Shown here piece after piece: positions 48,404 to 57,871 of a DNA stretch of 64,000 nt. Origin of the DNA: an uncultured Candidatus Rokubacteria bacterium (GTDB taxonomy: Bacteria > Methylomirabilota > Methylomirabilia > Rokubacteriales > CSP1-6). The stretch covers positions 1-64,000 of the forward strand of contig CAWBMV010000037.1 of the NCBI GenBank assembly GCA_963789955.1, given 5' to 3'. The notes beneath the pieces were generated by a model. That model saw only the letters and a list, made by a program, of their open reading frames with translations. It was not told where the DNA came from and ran no database searches. The position numbers and the translations under genes were made by a program. Positions within the stretch are counted from its first letter, which is position 1, and each line of letters begins with the position of its first letter.

Positions 48404-51400
48404 TCACTTAGCGAGGTCGGGCACCCGGACGTTCGCGCGGAGCGCGGCGGAGAGCTCAGGGTCGCGCACGCCGCGCTTCAAGTCGTCCAGGATCGCCTGC
48501 GCGGCCTCCACCGACGTGAAGGCGGAGTCCGCGTCGCCGCTCGCGCGCGCCAGCTTCGCGCGGGCGACGTGCGTCTTCCAGATCTGCGTTGGGAACTTGA
48601 TCGACTCCGCAACTGCGAGAGCAATGCGTAGCGCCGAGTCCGCCTCTCGCCACTGGCGACTTGCGATCGCGATTTCGCCCAGCACGCGGTTCGCCTTGGC
48701 CACGTACTTTTGCGCACGAGTCTTGACGGCCGCTGCGAGGCATCGCTCCGCCTGGGCGCGCGCCTCGTCCCACGCTCCTCGGGCGACCGCATGGTCAGCG
48801 AGGCTCGCGTACCAATGGAGCGAATAGCGCCACCGCATCCAGCCGCTGTTCGCTGGATCCTCGATGAGTCCCTGGACACTCTCCAGGAGCTCAAGGGCGA
48901 GGGCGAGGTCACCGCGCTGCAGCAGGATGTCCGCCAGGTTCAGCTCGGCATTCGCGATCATCTCGTGGTCCCCTCGCTTGCGCGCCTGCTCCGCGGCGAG
49001 ACGGTTGAGCTCGTACGCGCGGTCCAGCGCGCCGCACTCCATGTAGAGCCAGCCGAGAGAGTTCAACGATCGCGGCGTGTAGTTCTCGTCGCCCACCTTT
49101 GTGGCGAGCGCGAGCCCATCCTGGAGGATCGCGAGGGCGGCATCGTAGTCGCCCTTGCCCGTGAGGTTGACGCCTGCCATGAAGTGTCCTTCCAGCGCCG
49201 GCATCAACACGCCATGCGCGCGGGCGAGGCGGATGCCCTGATCGTAGAGCCGCGCGGCTTGCTCGTGCTTGCCTTCCCAGGCGTCGAGCTCTGCGCCGAA
49301 CACGAGCGCCGTTGCTTCGTTGGCGACGTCGCCCACGGGACGGCTGATCGCGATGACCCGATCGAAGCCGGGGCGCGCCTCGTCGAGACGGCCCGTGATC
49401 TCGTGGACGAGCGCCGTGGTGAGGTGACCGCCGGCGAGCACGGTGGGCTCGCCCGTCGTCTCACCGAGCGCGATCGCGCGGGCGCTGTCGTCGAGGGCCT
49501 GCGCGAATCGATGCGCCCAAAACGACGCGAGCGCCATGCCGACGACGGCGCTGCCTTCGGCGACGCGGTCGCCGGCTTCCCGCGCAATTTGCGAGGCCCG
49601 TTCCGCGTCTGCGCGCGCCCGGTCGAAGTCGCTGACGAGATTGTAGAGTTCCCCGCGGGCACGATGCATGGCGATGCGAGTGGCCGCGGGTACCTCCGGG
49701 CCGAGGTGCGCCATGGCCTCCTCCGCCTGGCCATAGAGCGCGATCGCCTCGCGGGTCGCGAAGTTCGCCGCGGCTTTCTCCGCGGCTTTGAGGCGGTAGG
49801 TCACGGCCTTCGGCCACTCTTCCGCCTGACCGAAGTGGCGCGCGAGCACCTCGACGTGATCCCCGAGGCGGTCGGCGTAGAGCGTCTCGATCGCCACGCC
49901 GATCGCACCATGGAGGTGTTTGCGCTGACTCAGCAGCAGTGAACCGTATGCGACCTCGTGCGTCAGCGCGTGACGAAAGAGATAGGTCACGTCGGGATCG
50001 ATGCTCTTCTGGTGGATCAGCTCGAGACGCAGCAGCTCGCGTACCGATGGCTCGGTCGGCGTTCCAGGCTCGACGAGGCGATCGAGTAAGCGACGGCCGA
50101 ACTCGCGTCCGATCACCGAAGCCGTCTGGAGAACCCGCTTCGGCCCGTCGGCCAGCCGGTCGATGCGGGCGGTGATGATGCCCTGAACGGTCTCCGGCAC
50201 GACGGTCGCCCCTTCCTGATGCGACTTCACGATCTCCTCGACGAAAAGCGGGTTGCCGTCAGCGCGACGAGCGATGGCGTCGCGAAGCGTCGATGGCACA
50301 TCGCCGGTCACGAGAACGCCGCGCGCGACGCTCAGGCTCTCCGCGTCCGACAGCGCGCCGAGGGCGATGCGAGTGAAGTACGAGCGTTCGCCGAACGGAT
50401 GGACATATCCCGTGCGATGCGTGAGCACGTGCAGGGTCCGGCTCGCCGGTACACTGTCGATTATCGCGGCCAGCCACTCCTCGCTCGCGCCGTCCATCCA
50501 GTGGATGTCTTCGTAGACGATGACCCGCGGCTCGGACTCGGCGGCGCGGCGGAAGTATCGGCGCAGCGCCTGGAAGAGCTCGGCACGTCGCTCCTGCGGA
50601 TCCATCTGCGTGACCGCCGCATCGCCGGGCGTGACGCCCAGTAGATGCTGCACGAATGGAAGACCCGCGCGGAGGTCGTCACCGAACGGCTGGAAGGCCC
50701 GGTCGATCTTCATCGCGACGGCGTCCTCCCGATCACCGTCGTCGATATCGAACTCGCGATGAAGCAGGTCGATGACCGGATGGAACGCCATCGAGCGTCC
50801 GAAGGAGACACAGCGGCCCTCGGACCACCCGGCCTGCTCGCGCGCTCGCTGGCGCAGCTCCTCCACGAGGCGCGATTTCCCGATGCCGGGCTCGCCGACG
50901 ATGAAGACGACCTGACCGTTGCCGGCGCACGCGCGCTGGAAGCACTCCTCGAGTTGTGAGAGCTCCCGCTGGCGGCCGACGAGCGGCGTGAGGCCGCGCT
51001 CACGCCCCACGTCGAGCCGACCGCGCGCCGGGCGTGCCACCACGACCTGCCAGGCCTTGACGAGCTCGCTCTTGCCCTTGAGCTGCAAGCCGGCAATCGG
51101 CTGCGCCTCGCAGTACCCCGCGACCAGCCGATGAACGGGCTCGGCGATCAGGATCTGGCCCGGCGCCGCCGACTGCTGGAGCCGTGCCGCGACATTGGTC
51201 GTGTCGCCGACGGCGGTGTAGTCCATGCGGAGATCGCTGCCGATGCTACCGACGACCACGAGCCCCGTGTTGAGCCCTTGCCGCACGTCGAAGGTGATGC
51301 CACGTTCCCGGCGTAGCTTCTCGCGATAGTCCGTGAGCGCGGTGCGGATGCCCGCCGCCGCGTACACCGCGCGCCGCGCGTGGTCTTCGTGGGCGACCGG

Positions 51401-51838
51401 CGCGCCGAATAAGGCCATGATGCCGTCGCCCAGGAACTGGTTCACCGTGCCCTCGTAGCGATGGACCTCGGCGAGCATGAGCTCGAACGCGCGGCGCATG
51501 ATCGCGTGGACGTCCTCGGGATCGAGCCGCGACGACATCGCCGTGAACCCCGCGACGTCGACGAAAAGCACCGTGACCTGCTTGCGTTCGCCCTCGAGCG
51601 CGCTTCGCGAGGTGAGGATCTTCTCGGCGAGGTGTTTCGGCGTGTAGGACTCGGGTGAGGCGAAGCGCGGTTGTGTTGGCGCTTCCGCCTTAACCGGTGT
51701 CCCGCACTTGTTGCAGAACTTGGAACCGACTGGCAGTTCCGCTCCACAGGAAGCGCAGGCCGGGGCCAAACGACCTCCGCATTCCAGGCAGAAGGCTGAG
51801 CCTGGCGGATTCTCGTGCTGGCACCGGGGACACTGCAT
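48404..51838 (-). CDS. Double zinc ribbon, class III adenylate/guanylate cyclase, AAA (STAND-like) ATPase and TPR protein
   Basis: Four CxxC; TVLFVDVAGFT, QFLGDG, GDTTNVAARLQ; GEPGIGKS, EDIHW, GNPLF. Confidence 0.95.
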   Translation of the reverse strand: MQCPRCQHENPPGSAFCLECGGRLAPACASCGAELPVGSKFCNKCGTPVKAEAPTQPRFASPESYTPKHLAEKILTSRSALEGERKQVTVLFVDVAGFTAMSSRLDPEDVHAIMRRAFELMLAEVHRYEGTVNQFLGDGIMALFGAPVAHEDHARRAVYAAAGIRTALTDYREKLRRERGITFDVRQGLNTGLVVVGSIGSDLRMDYTAVGDTTNVAARLQQSAAPGQILIAEPVHRLVAGYCEAQPIAGLQLKGKSELVKAWQVVVARPARGRLDVGRERGLTPLVGRQRELSQLEECFQRACAGNGQVVFIVGEPGIGKSRLVEELRQRAREQAGWSEGRCVSFGRSMAFHPVIDLLHREFDIDDGDREDAVAMKIDRAFQPFGDDLRAGLPFVQHLLGVTPGDAAVTQMDPQERRAELFQALRRYFRRAAESEPRVIVYEDIHWMDGASEEWLAAIIDSVPASRTLHVLTHRTGYVHPFGERSYFTRIALGALSDAESLSVARGVLVTGDVPSTLRDAIARRADGNPLFVEEIVKSHQEGATVVPETVQGIITARIDRLADGPKRVLQTASVIGREFGRRLLDRLVEPGTPTEPSVRELLRLELIHQKSIDPDVTYLFRHALTHEVAYGSLLLSQRKHLHGAIGVAIETLYADRLGDHVEVLARHFGQAEEWPKAVTYRLKAAEKAAANFATREAIALYGQAEEAMAHLGPEVPAATRIAMHRARGELYNLVSDFDRARADAERASQIAREAGDRVAEGSAVVGMALASFWAHRFAQALDDSARAIALGETTGEPTVLAGGHLTTALVHEITGRLDEARPGFDRVIAISRPVGDVANEATALVFGAELDAWEGKHEQAARLYDQGIRLARAHGVLMPALEGHFMAGVNLTGKGDYDAALAILQDGLALATKVGDENYTPRSLNSLGWLYMECGALDRAYELNRLAAEQARKRGDHEMIANAELNLADILLQRGDLALALELLESVQGLIEDPANSGWMRWRYSLHWYASLADHAVARGAWDEARAQAERCLAAAVKTRAQKYVAKANRVLGEIAIASRQWREADSALRIALAVAESIKFPTQIWKTHVARAKLARASGDADSAFTSVEAAQAILDDLKRGVRDPELSAALRANVRVPDLAK

Positions 51839-52144
51839 GTAGCGATCCTCCGGGAGCAGGGCCGGTGACGGTCGGGACGGTGGGCCGAGACTAGACTGTC
51901 GCCTGCTCGGTGGTCAACAACGGCGTCACAAATCGTGTGTGCGGGCGCCGTCGTAAGTCCCTGTTCTCGCGGAGGGCGGGAACGGGTTGCACGGCCGGCG
52001 CAAAGGTGGTGGTTTGTGACATCGCGTTTTCTCCGGTGTTTGACACCATCGGGGTAGTTCCTGTATACGCGACCCAAACCGCCTCCCCAGTTGGTGCGCT
52101 CGGGTTGGACGTCAAGGGGGCCAGAGCGGACGGAGGTGCCAACC

Positions 52145-52477
52145 ATGATCTCCGTAAGAACGAACCGCATCATGTTGGGTGTCCTTCTCGCCGGATTGCT
52201 GACGGCGACGGCGGCGTGCGCTCAGCTTGGCGAGACGCGCCGAGCGCCCGCGGTCAAGCCGGCTCCGGCGGCGGTACAGCAACCCGCGACTGAGTTGGTG
52301 CCGGCAAGTGTACCCGCAGCGGCGAGTGCTCCGGCTACCGAGACGCGCCCGGAACTTACGGTCACGCCGCGTACGCCTGGAGCGGCGGCCGCGGCGGAAC
52401 GGCCGTCGAACGACACGGACGATCCTCGGGCCGTTATCGACTGGCTGCTGAATCCTTCGTCAGTGCGCGGGCGATAA
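52145..52477 (+). CDS. Small secreted or lipoprotein with a Pro/Ala linker and C-terminal DDPRAVIDWLLNP
   Basis: GGAGGT RBS; hydrophobic signal ending TAAC. Confidence 0.75.
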   Translation: MISVRTNRIMLGVLLAGLLTATAACAQLGETRRAPAVKPAPAAVQQPATELVPASVPAAASAPATETRPELTVTPRTPGAAAAAERPSNDTDDPRAVIDWLLNPSSVRGR

Positions 52478-52544
52478 ACAGCTCTGCGTTCGTCCCTCGA
52501 CGCACCCGATTTGACCTGATCCCCGCTTCTGCCTGATGATCGTG

Positions 52545-52995
52545 TCAGCGGCGACTTCCACCCCACCCCGAATAATCCCCACCCCGCTCCGCCGCGCGAT
52601 GCGCACTTTGTCTGGGAGGGGTACGTCTTTGCTGAGGACAAGGATCCCGCGCGGCCGCGGCGTCCGCCGATTCAAGTTCGACCCCTCACCCGAGACGAGA
52701 TTGAGACGTTGTGGTTGGTGACGGCGACCCAGGCTCGGACCATGGCGAGTCTCCACGAGGCGCGGCATTCGGTCGCAAGGCGAACCATGAATGTTGACTC
52801 GTCTCGGCGTCTCAGCGACTATGTCTCAGCGGCGACTCCACCCCACCCCGAGTAATCCCCACCCCACTCCGCCGCCGCGCGACGCGCACTCTGTCTGGGA
52901 GGGGGACGTCTATGCTGACGACAAGGATCCCGCGCGGCCGCGCCGTGCGCCGATTCAAGTTCGACCCCCTCACCGGAGGCGAGATCGAGACGTTG
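52545..52995. repeat. Diverged direct repeat of about 168 bp (52545-52711 and 52826-52995)
   Basis: tcagcggcgac..ccaccccaccccga.taatccccacccc..gacaaggatcccgcgcggccgcg..ttcaagttcgacccc..gagacgttg occurs twice. Confidence 0.9.
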
Positions 52996-53118
52996 CAGTC
53001 CGTCCCCAGCGGGGCCGCCGCCCACCTCGCTGAGTGCAGTTGCAGCGCCAGTGAATCGCACGCCGGTAACTCGCGCGCCGTGCTCGCGGAAATCGCGGTC
53101 TACAGGGCTCAGTAGGGC

Positions 53119-53796
53119 GTGGCCAAGAGCAGCACGAGTTTCGCGCCGGGCGTCTCAGGAAACCCAACCGGCCGGCGTCTGGGCTCCAAGAACACCACCC
53201 CCTCCGTGCGCGAAATCGTGAACGCCGTGGTGACCGAGCATGTCGACGGCGTGAAAGAAGCCTACCGGAAGTCCGCCGTCAACGCGAAATCGGTCCTGCG
53301 CCGCACCGACGTCGACCTCCGCAAGGGGTACATCACGGTCCAGCGCACGGTCTCCGACAAGGGCCGCCGGATCGAGCCCGTCAAGGACGGTGAGGCTCGG
53401 CGGGTGAAGATGTCGCCGGACCTGCAGGCCGCGCTCCGCGACCACCTCGAGGCGATGGCCCTCGAGGCCGGCGTACGACGCTGGACGCCGGAGCAGCGCG
53501 CGCTCGTGTTCCCGACCACGTACGGCGGGATCCTCGGCCACCCGTACTTCCTCGAGCACGTCTGGCGCCCGCTCCTGCAAGCGACGGGCCTGCAGTACCG
53601 GAAGTATCACAGCACGCGCCACACCTACGCGACGTGGCTCCTGTCGGACGGTGCCGATCTCCGGTGGGTGCAGCAGCAGATGGGGCACGCGACGATCGGG
53701 AGGACCGCGGACACCTACGGCCACGTTCAGCCCGAGCGCCACGAGGCCGCGATAGAGGGCCTAGATCGGTATATGAGACAGGCCGCGACTAGCTAG
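53119..53796 (+). pseudogene. In-frame chimera: phage-type SGNPxGR (DUF5681-like) N-terminus plus tyrosine integrase C-terminal half
   Basis: FAPGVSGNPTGRRLGSKN; from 53299 DVDL..ITVQRT..HSTRHTYATWLL..MGHATI..TADTYGH. Confidence 0.88.
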
Positions 53797-54748
53797 CCCC
53801 AGGCGCAACCGGCAGATCATGTTTCGCGGCAACGACTAGGCGCATATATCGCTTAAGCTTCGACACCGGAACGTGAGCGAGGACCACCTTCCGATCGGGC
53901 CGTGGGGTCTCTGCTTCAGAACGTGTTAGCTCTCGACCCTGGTGGCTTTGAAGCAATTCATGGAGATCCCACGACTCAGTCGTGTATTCCCCTATCACGC
54001 GCTCACCATCTTCGTCGGTCACGAGAACATGTCCAGATGCTAAACGAAGATTGATCGTGTACTCCCATACGCGAACGTTCATCGTGACTTCCATATTTTC
54101 CACGCGCTCGATCGCATCCCCGATCTTGACGAACAAGGGCGGGTCAACCATCCCACACTCGTAGATCACCATGCTTGGTGGTTCGCCGATCGTCTGCTCC
54201 GCGATTTGATGTGCGAGTTCTTTTGCCGTACAGAACGGCGTGTCGGCCTCTCCTAGAAGCACCGCTTCGGAAGGCGGCTCCTGTCTGGAGCCGTCCTTGA
54301 GCTTGATCGAGATCGACAGTGGACTCGCTCGACTCAAGACAAGAATGAGCCAGGACTGAGAAGAGGTCACCGTCTGCCAGTCAACTTCGGTCGCCTCTCG
54401 GTAAGTCAAGAGCGTAATGCCCTTACGCTTGGCGACGGCCCGCGCTCCGTCATCAAAACCGGTGTTAGAAACGATGATGCCGTGCGAGGCGCCAACATCC
54501 TCGAGCTTGCTAACGAACGCGTCCACCTTCTCGATTCCAACTCGGCGTTTGTAGCGCTTGCACTCAAGCACGATCAGCGTACGGTACGCGGCGACCACCT
54601 GGGATAGGGTGACGTCGAGTTGCCGCTTACGGCCCGAGCGACCCAGGACACGCTGATTGTGTTTCACCTCCGCGTTGCCTGCGATCCCGTGGTGGAGGTG
54701 AGCGACGAGCTTCTCGAACTCATGCCACTTCGCTGCTCTTTGGACCAC
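53789..54748 (-). CDS. Restriction endonuclease, Mrr_cat-like PD-(D/E)xK domain with an unknown C-terminus
   Basis: WHEFEKLV, GRSGRKRQLDV, LECKRY, GIIVSNTGFDDGA. Confidence 0.85.
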   Translation of the reverse strand: MVQRAAKWHEFEKLVAHLHHGIAGNAEVKHNQRVLGRSGRKRQLDVTLSQVVAAYRTLIVLECKRYKRRVGIEKVDAFVSKLEDVGASHGIIVSNTGFDDGARAVAKRKGITLLTYREATEVDWQTVTSSQSWLILVLSRASPLSISIKLKDGSRQEPPSEAVLLGEADTPFCTAKELAHQIAEQTIGEPPSMVIYECGMVDPPLFVKIGDAIERVENMEVTMNVRVWEYTINLRLASGHVLVTDEDGERVIGEYTTESWDLHELLQSHQGRELTRSEAETPRPDRKVVLAHVPVSKLKRYMRLVVAAKHDLPVAPGAS

Positions 54749-54780
54749 GACTCTGCCCTCGGAGATCCCTTATTCAGACG

Positions 54781-55479
54781 TTAAGCGCTAGGCGTACCCG
54801 GCTTCGCGGCTTTCGTGGCTGCCGCAGCGACCAAAGCCCCCATGCGCGCCTTACGCTCCTCTCGGGCGATATACCATTCGCGGAGCACCGTCTCCACGAG
54901 GCCGATGAGCAGCCCAGCCTCATCCGGATCGACGTCCACGATGAGATTGATGTCCTTCTCCATGTGAGCGCCGATGTTCCCGATCTTGCGAACTGCGTCG
55001 ATCGCATCCCATGTGAGCGGATCAACCTTGGCCTTGATCTGGTCGATCTCGTCGACAAGTCGGCCCGGTTTGACTTGCCAGAAGTCCCGGAGGATGCCTT
55101 GGAGGCACCGGCGCGCGAGTGTTGCCGAGGCTTTCGGGCTCAGATCTATGATCGAGCACGCCTCCTGGTAGTCGTCCAAGATTGCCTGCGGGATATACGA
55201 CGGGAACGTCTTGCCCTTCGCGCTTGGGATGAGCCTCCACTCTTGCAGCTTCTGACCTAGAACCTCGCCGCGCTCCCCCCTATGGAAGCTCTCGCAGAGC
55301 CGGGCCGTCAGCGTGAAGCGACGGCACTCCGGATTCGGACACACAATGAAGGTCGTGATCAGCGACCGGCGACCATTCGCATTGTCGATCCAGAGCGTGT
55401 GTCGCTCGGCGGTCATCCTCCCATCCGAGATGGTGACTGCCCTTTCGCAATGGGGGCATGTCCAGTTGAAATCAGCCAT
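54781..55479 (-). CDS. DUF4145 (HEPN-like) domain protein with an N-terminal zinc ribbon
   Basis: CPHC..CPNPEC; DYQEA..SPKASATLARRCLQ; RKIGNIGAH (Rx4-6H type). Confidence 0.88.
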   Translation of the reverse strand: MADFNWTCPHCERAVTISDGRMTAERHTLWIDNANGRRSLITTFIVCPNPECRRFTLTARLCESFHRGERGEVLGQKLQEWRLIPSAKGKTFPSYIPQAILDDYQEACSIIDLSPKASATLARRCLQGILRDFWQVKPGRLVDEIDQIKAKVDPLTWDAIDAVRKIGNIGAHMEKDINLIVDVDPDEAGLLIGLVETVLREWYIAREERKARMGALVAAAATKAAKPGTPSA

Positions 55480-55579
55480 CTTGCTCCTGGCCAGGAGAGG
55501 CGGTGAGGACAGGCGCCGCAGCGCGCCACCATGCGCCACCGATTCCGCAAAATGTTTTCTAACTACGCGAAAAAAGTAA

Positions 55580-55655
55580 TGGTGGAGGGTAAGGGATTCG
55601 AACCCTCGACCTCGGCGTTGCGAACGCCGCGCTCTCCCAACTGAGCTAACCCCCC
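55580..55655 (-). tRNA. tRNA-Ala(CGC)
   Basis: GGGGGGTTAGCTCAGTTGGGAGAGCGCGGCGTTCGCAACGCCGAGGTCGAGGGTTCGAATCCCTTACCCTCCACCA; cloverleaf, G3:U70, encoded CCA. Confidence 0.98.
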
Positions 55656-55695
55656 GAGACCACCTACCGACTACCGAGGCGAGCGCTATTTTACA

Positions 55696-56503
55696 TCAGG
55701 CCTTGGAGCCGTCCCCACCCTTGTTGAAGGCCTGGAGCAACGGCCCGAAGAGATCCAACGGCAGCGGGAAGAAGGTCGTCGTGGACCGCTCGGAGGCGAT
55801 CTCGCGCATGGTCTGTAGATAGCGGAGCTGGACGGCGATCGGATGCCGCGTCAGGACCTCGGCGGCCTCGGACAGCTTGGCCGCCGCCTGGAACTCGCCG
55901 TCGGCGTTGATCACCTTGGCGCGGCGCTCGCGCTCGGCCTCGGCCTGCTTGGCCATGGCGCGCTGCATGTCCTGCGGCAGGTCGATCTGCTTCACCTCGA
56001 CGTTCGCGACCTTGATGCCCCAGGGCTCGGTGTGCTCGTCGATGATCCGCTGGAGCTGCTGGTTGATCTTGTCGCGCGCCGAGAGCAGATCGTCGAGCTC
56101 CACCTGGCCGAGCACGCTCCGCAACGTGGTCTGGGCGATCTGCGAGGTCGCGTAGAGATAATCCTGCACGGCGATCACCGCCCGCTCCGGATCGACCACG
56201 CGGAAGTAGATCACGGCGCTCACCTTGATCGACACGTTGTCGCGGGTGATCACGTCCTGCGGCGCCACGTCGAGGGCCACCGTCTGCAGGCTCACCTTCA
56301 CGATCTTGTCGATGATCGGGCACCAGGAGGACGAGGCCCGGCCCGTTCCCCTGTCCGCCCGGGTTCAAGATGGCCTTGGCGCTGCGGCCGAGGCGAAAGA
56401 TCACCGCGCGCTCGTACTCGCGGAGGATGCGCGCGTAGGAGCCGATGAAGAAGATCACCACGAAGACGACAGCGATGAGCAGCAGCGACTCGACGTTGAT
56501 CAT
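55696..56503 (-). CDS. SPFH/stomatin (slipin) family protein, one frameshift near 56320
   Basis: [49 protein letters not shown]. Confidence 0.9.
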
Positions 56504-57871
56504 GCGACTCCCCCTTTGGCCTCGGCCTTCGCGACCCTCAGGGTCAGGCCGTCCACCCCGACGATCCGCACCTGTGCGCCGGGCTCGAGGGGCTCGCCCT
56601 CCGCGACCGCGCGCCAGATCTCACCCGACACCATCACCTGCCCTTCGGGCCCGAGGCGCTCGCGGACCGTGGCCGTTCTGCCGACCAGGCCCTCGGCGCC
56701 GGTCGACGGCGGCCGGCCGAGCGCGCGTACGCCGGCCGCGACCACGAACAGAAAGAGCCCGGCGGTCGCGGCCACCGTCGGACCGATGACCCACCAGGAC
56801 ACGCGAAAGCCGACCTCGGGCGCGTCGAAGAGCATCAGCGAGCCGAGCGCCATCGAGATCGATGCCGCCGATCGCCAGAATGCCGTGGCTCACGATCTTG
56901 ATCTCGGCGATCAGCAGCACGATGCCGAACAGGATCAGGAGCAGGCCCGCGTAGTTGATCGGCAGGCTCTGGAAGGCGAAGAACGCCAGGATCAGCGAGA
57001 TGCCGCCGATCACGCCGGGCAGGATCACGCCCGGGTTCGACAGCTCGAAGAAGAGGCCGAGCATGCCGAGCATCATGAGCACGTAGGCCACGTTCGGGTC
57101 GGTGATCACGTTCAGGAACCGATCGCGGAAGCCGATCTCGATCGGCCGGACCGGCGCGCCTTTCGTGGCAAGCGTCACCGGGCCCTTGGGCAGCTTGATG
57201 ACGCGGCCGTCGATCTTCTCCAGCAGGTCGGGGACAGAGTCGGCGATGAGGTCGATCACCTTCAGCTTCAGCGCGTCGCGCTCCGTGATGGCCACGGCCT
57301 CGCGCACCGCCTTCTCGGCCCAGTCCGCGTTGCGGCCGCGCTCGAGCGCGACGGTCCGGATGAACGCGGCGGCGTCGTTCTCGATCTTCTTCATCATCGT
57401 CTTGTCGGCAGTACCGCCGCCGACCATGACGGGCGAGGCGGCGCCGATGTTGGTCGCGGGCGCCATCGCCGCCACGTGCGCGGCCATCGTGATGAAGACA
57501 CCGGCCGACGCCGCGCGCGCGCCGGTGGGCGCGACGTAGACGACGACCGGCACCTCGGCGTTCATCATGCGCTGGACGATCGCGCGCATCGAGCGCTCGA
57601 GCCCGCCGGGCGTGTCGAGCTGGATGATGAGCGCCTGGGCGCGCTCGGCCTGCGCGCGGTCGATGGCGAGGCCCACGAGACGCAGGGTGACCGGGCTGAT
57701 CACCCCCTCGATCTCGATCGTGGCGACGGGCTGCGGCGCCGCCGACGCCGGAGCCGCGAGCGCGAGCAGCGCAACGACGAACGCGAGACACGCGCACGTC
57801 GCGGTCGTCGACACGGATGCGCGGCCGGAGCGTGCGAGAGCCGGCCCGAACCCGTTGCGAGCCGCGTTCAT
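56500..57871 (-). CDS. nfeD: NfeD family membrane serine protease, one frameshift near 56860
   Basis: LDTPGG, ARAASAG, TNIGAASP, GRNADWA; C-terminal OB domain TGAEGLVG..GEIWRA. Confidence 0.9.

Noticed and set aside
18277..55579. Classical integron cassette array
   Set aside because: No attC-like GTTRRRY/RYYYAAC palindromes bound the cargo, junctions fall inside coding remnants, and the integrase remnants sit next to tRNA att cores.
13400..55579. Intact prophage, ICE, DGR or retron
   Set aside because: No capsid, portal, large terminase, relaxase, T4SS or reverse transcriptase ORF was recognised, and both integrases are truncated.
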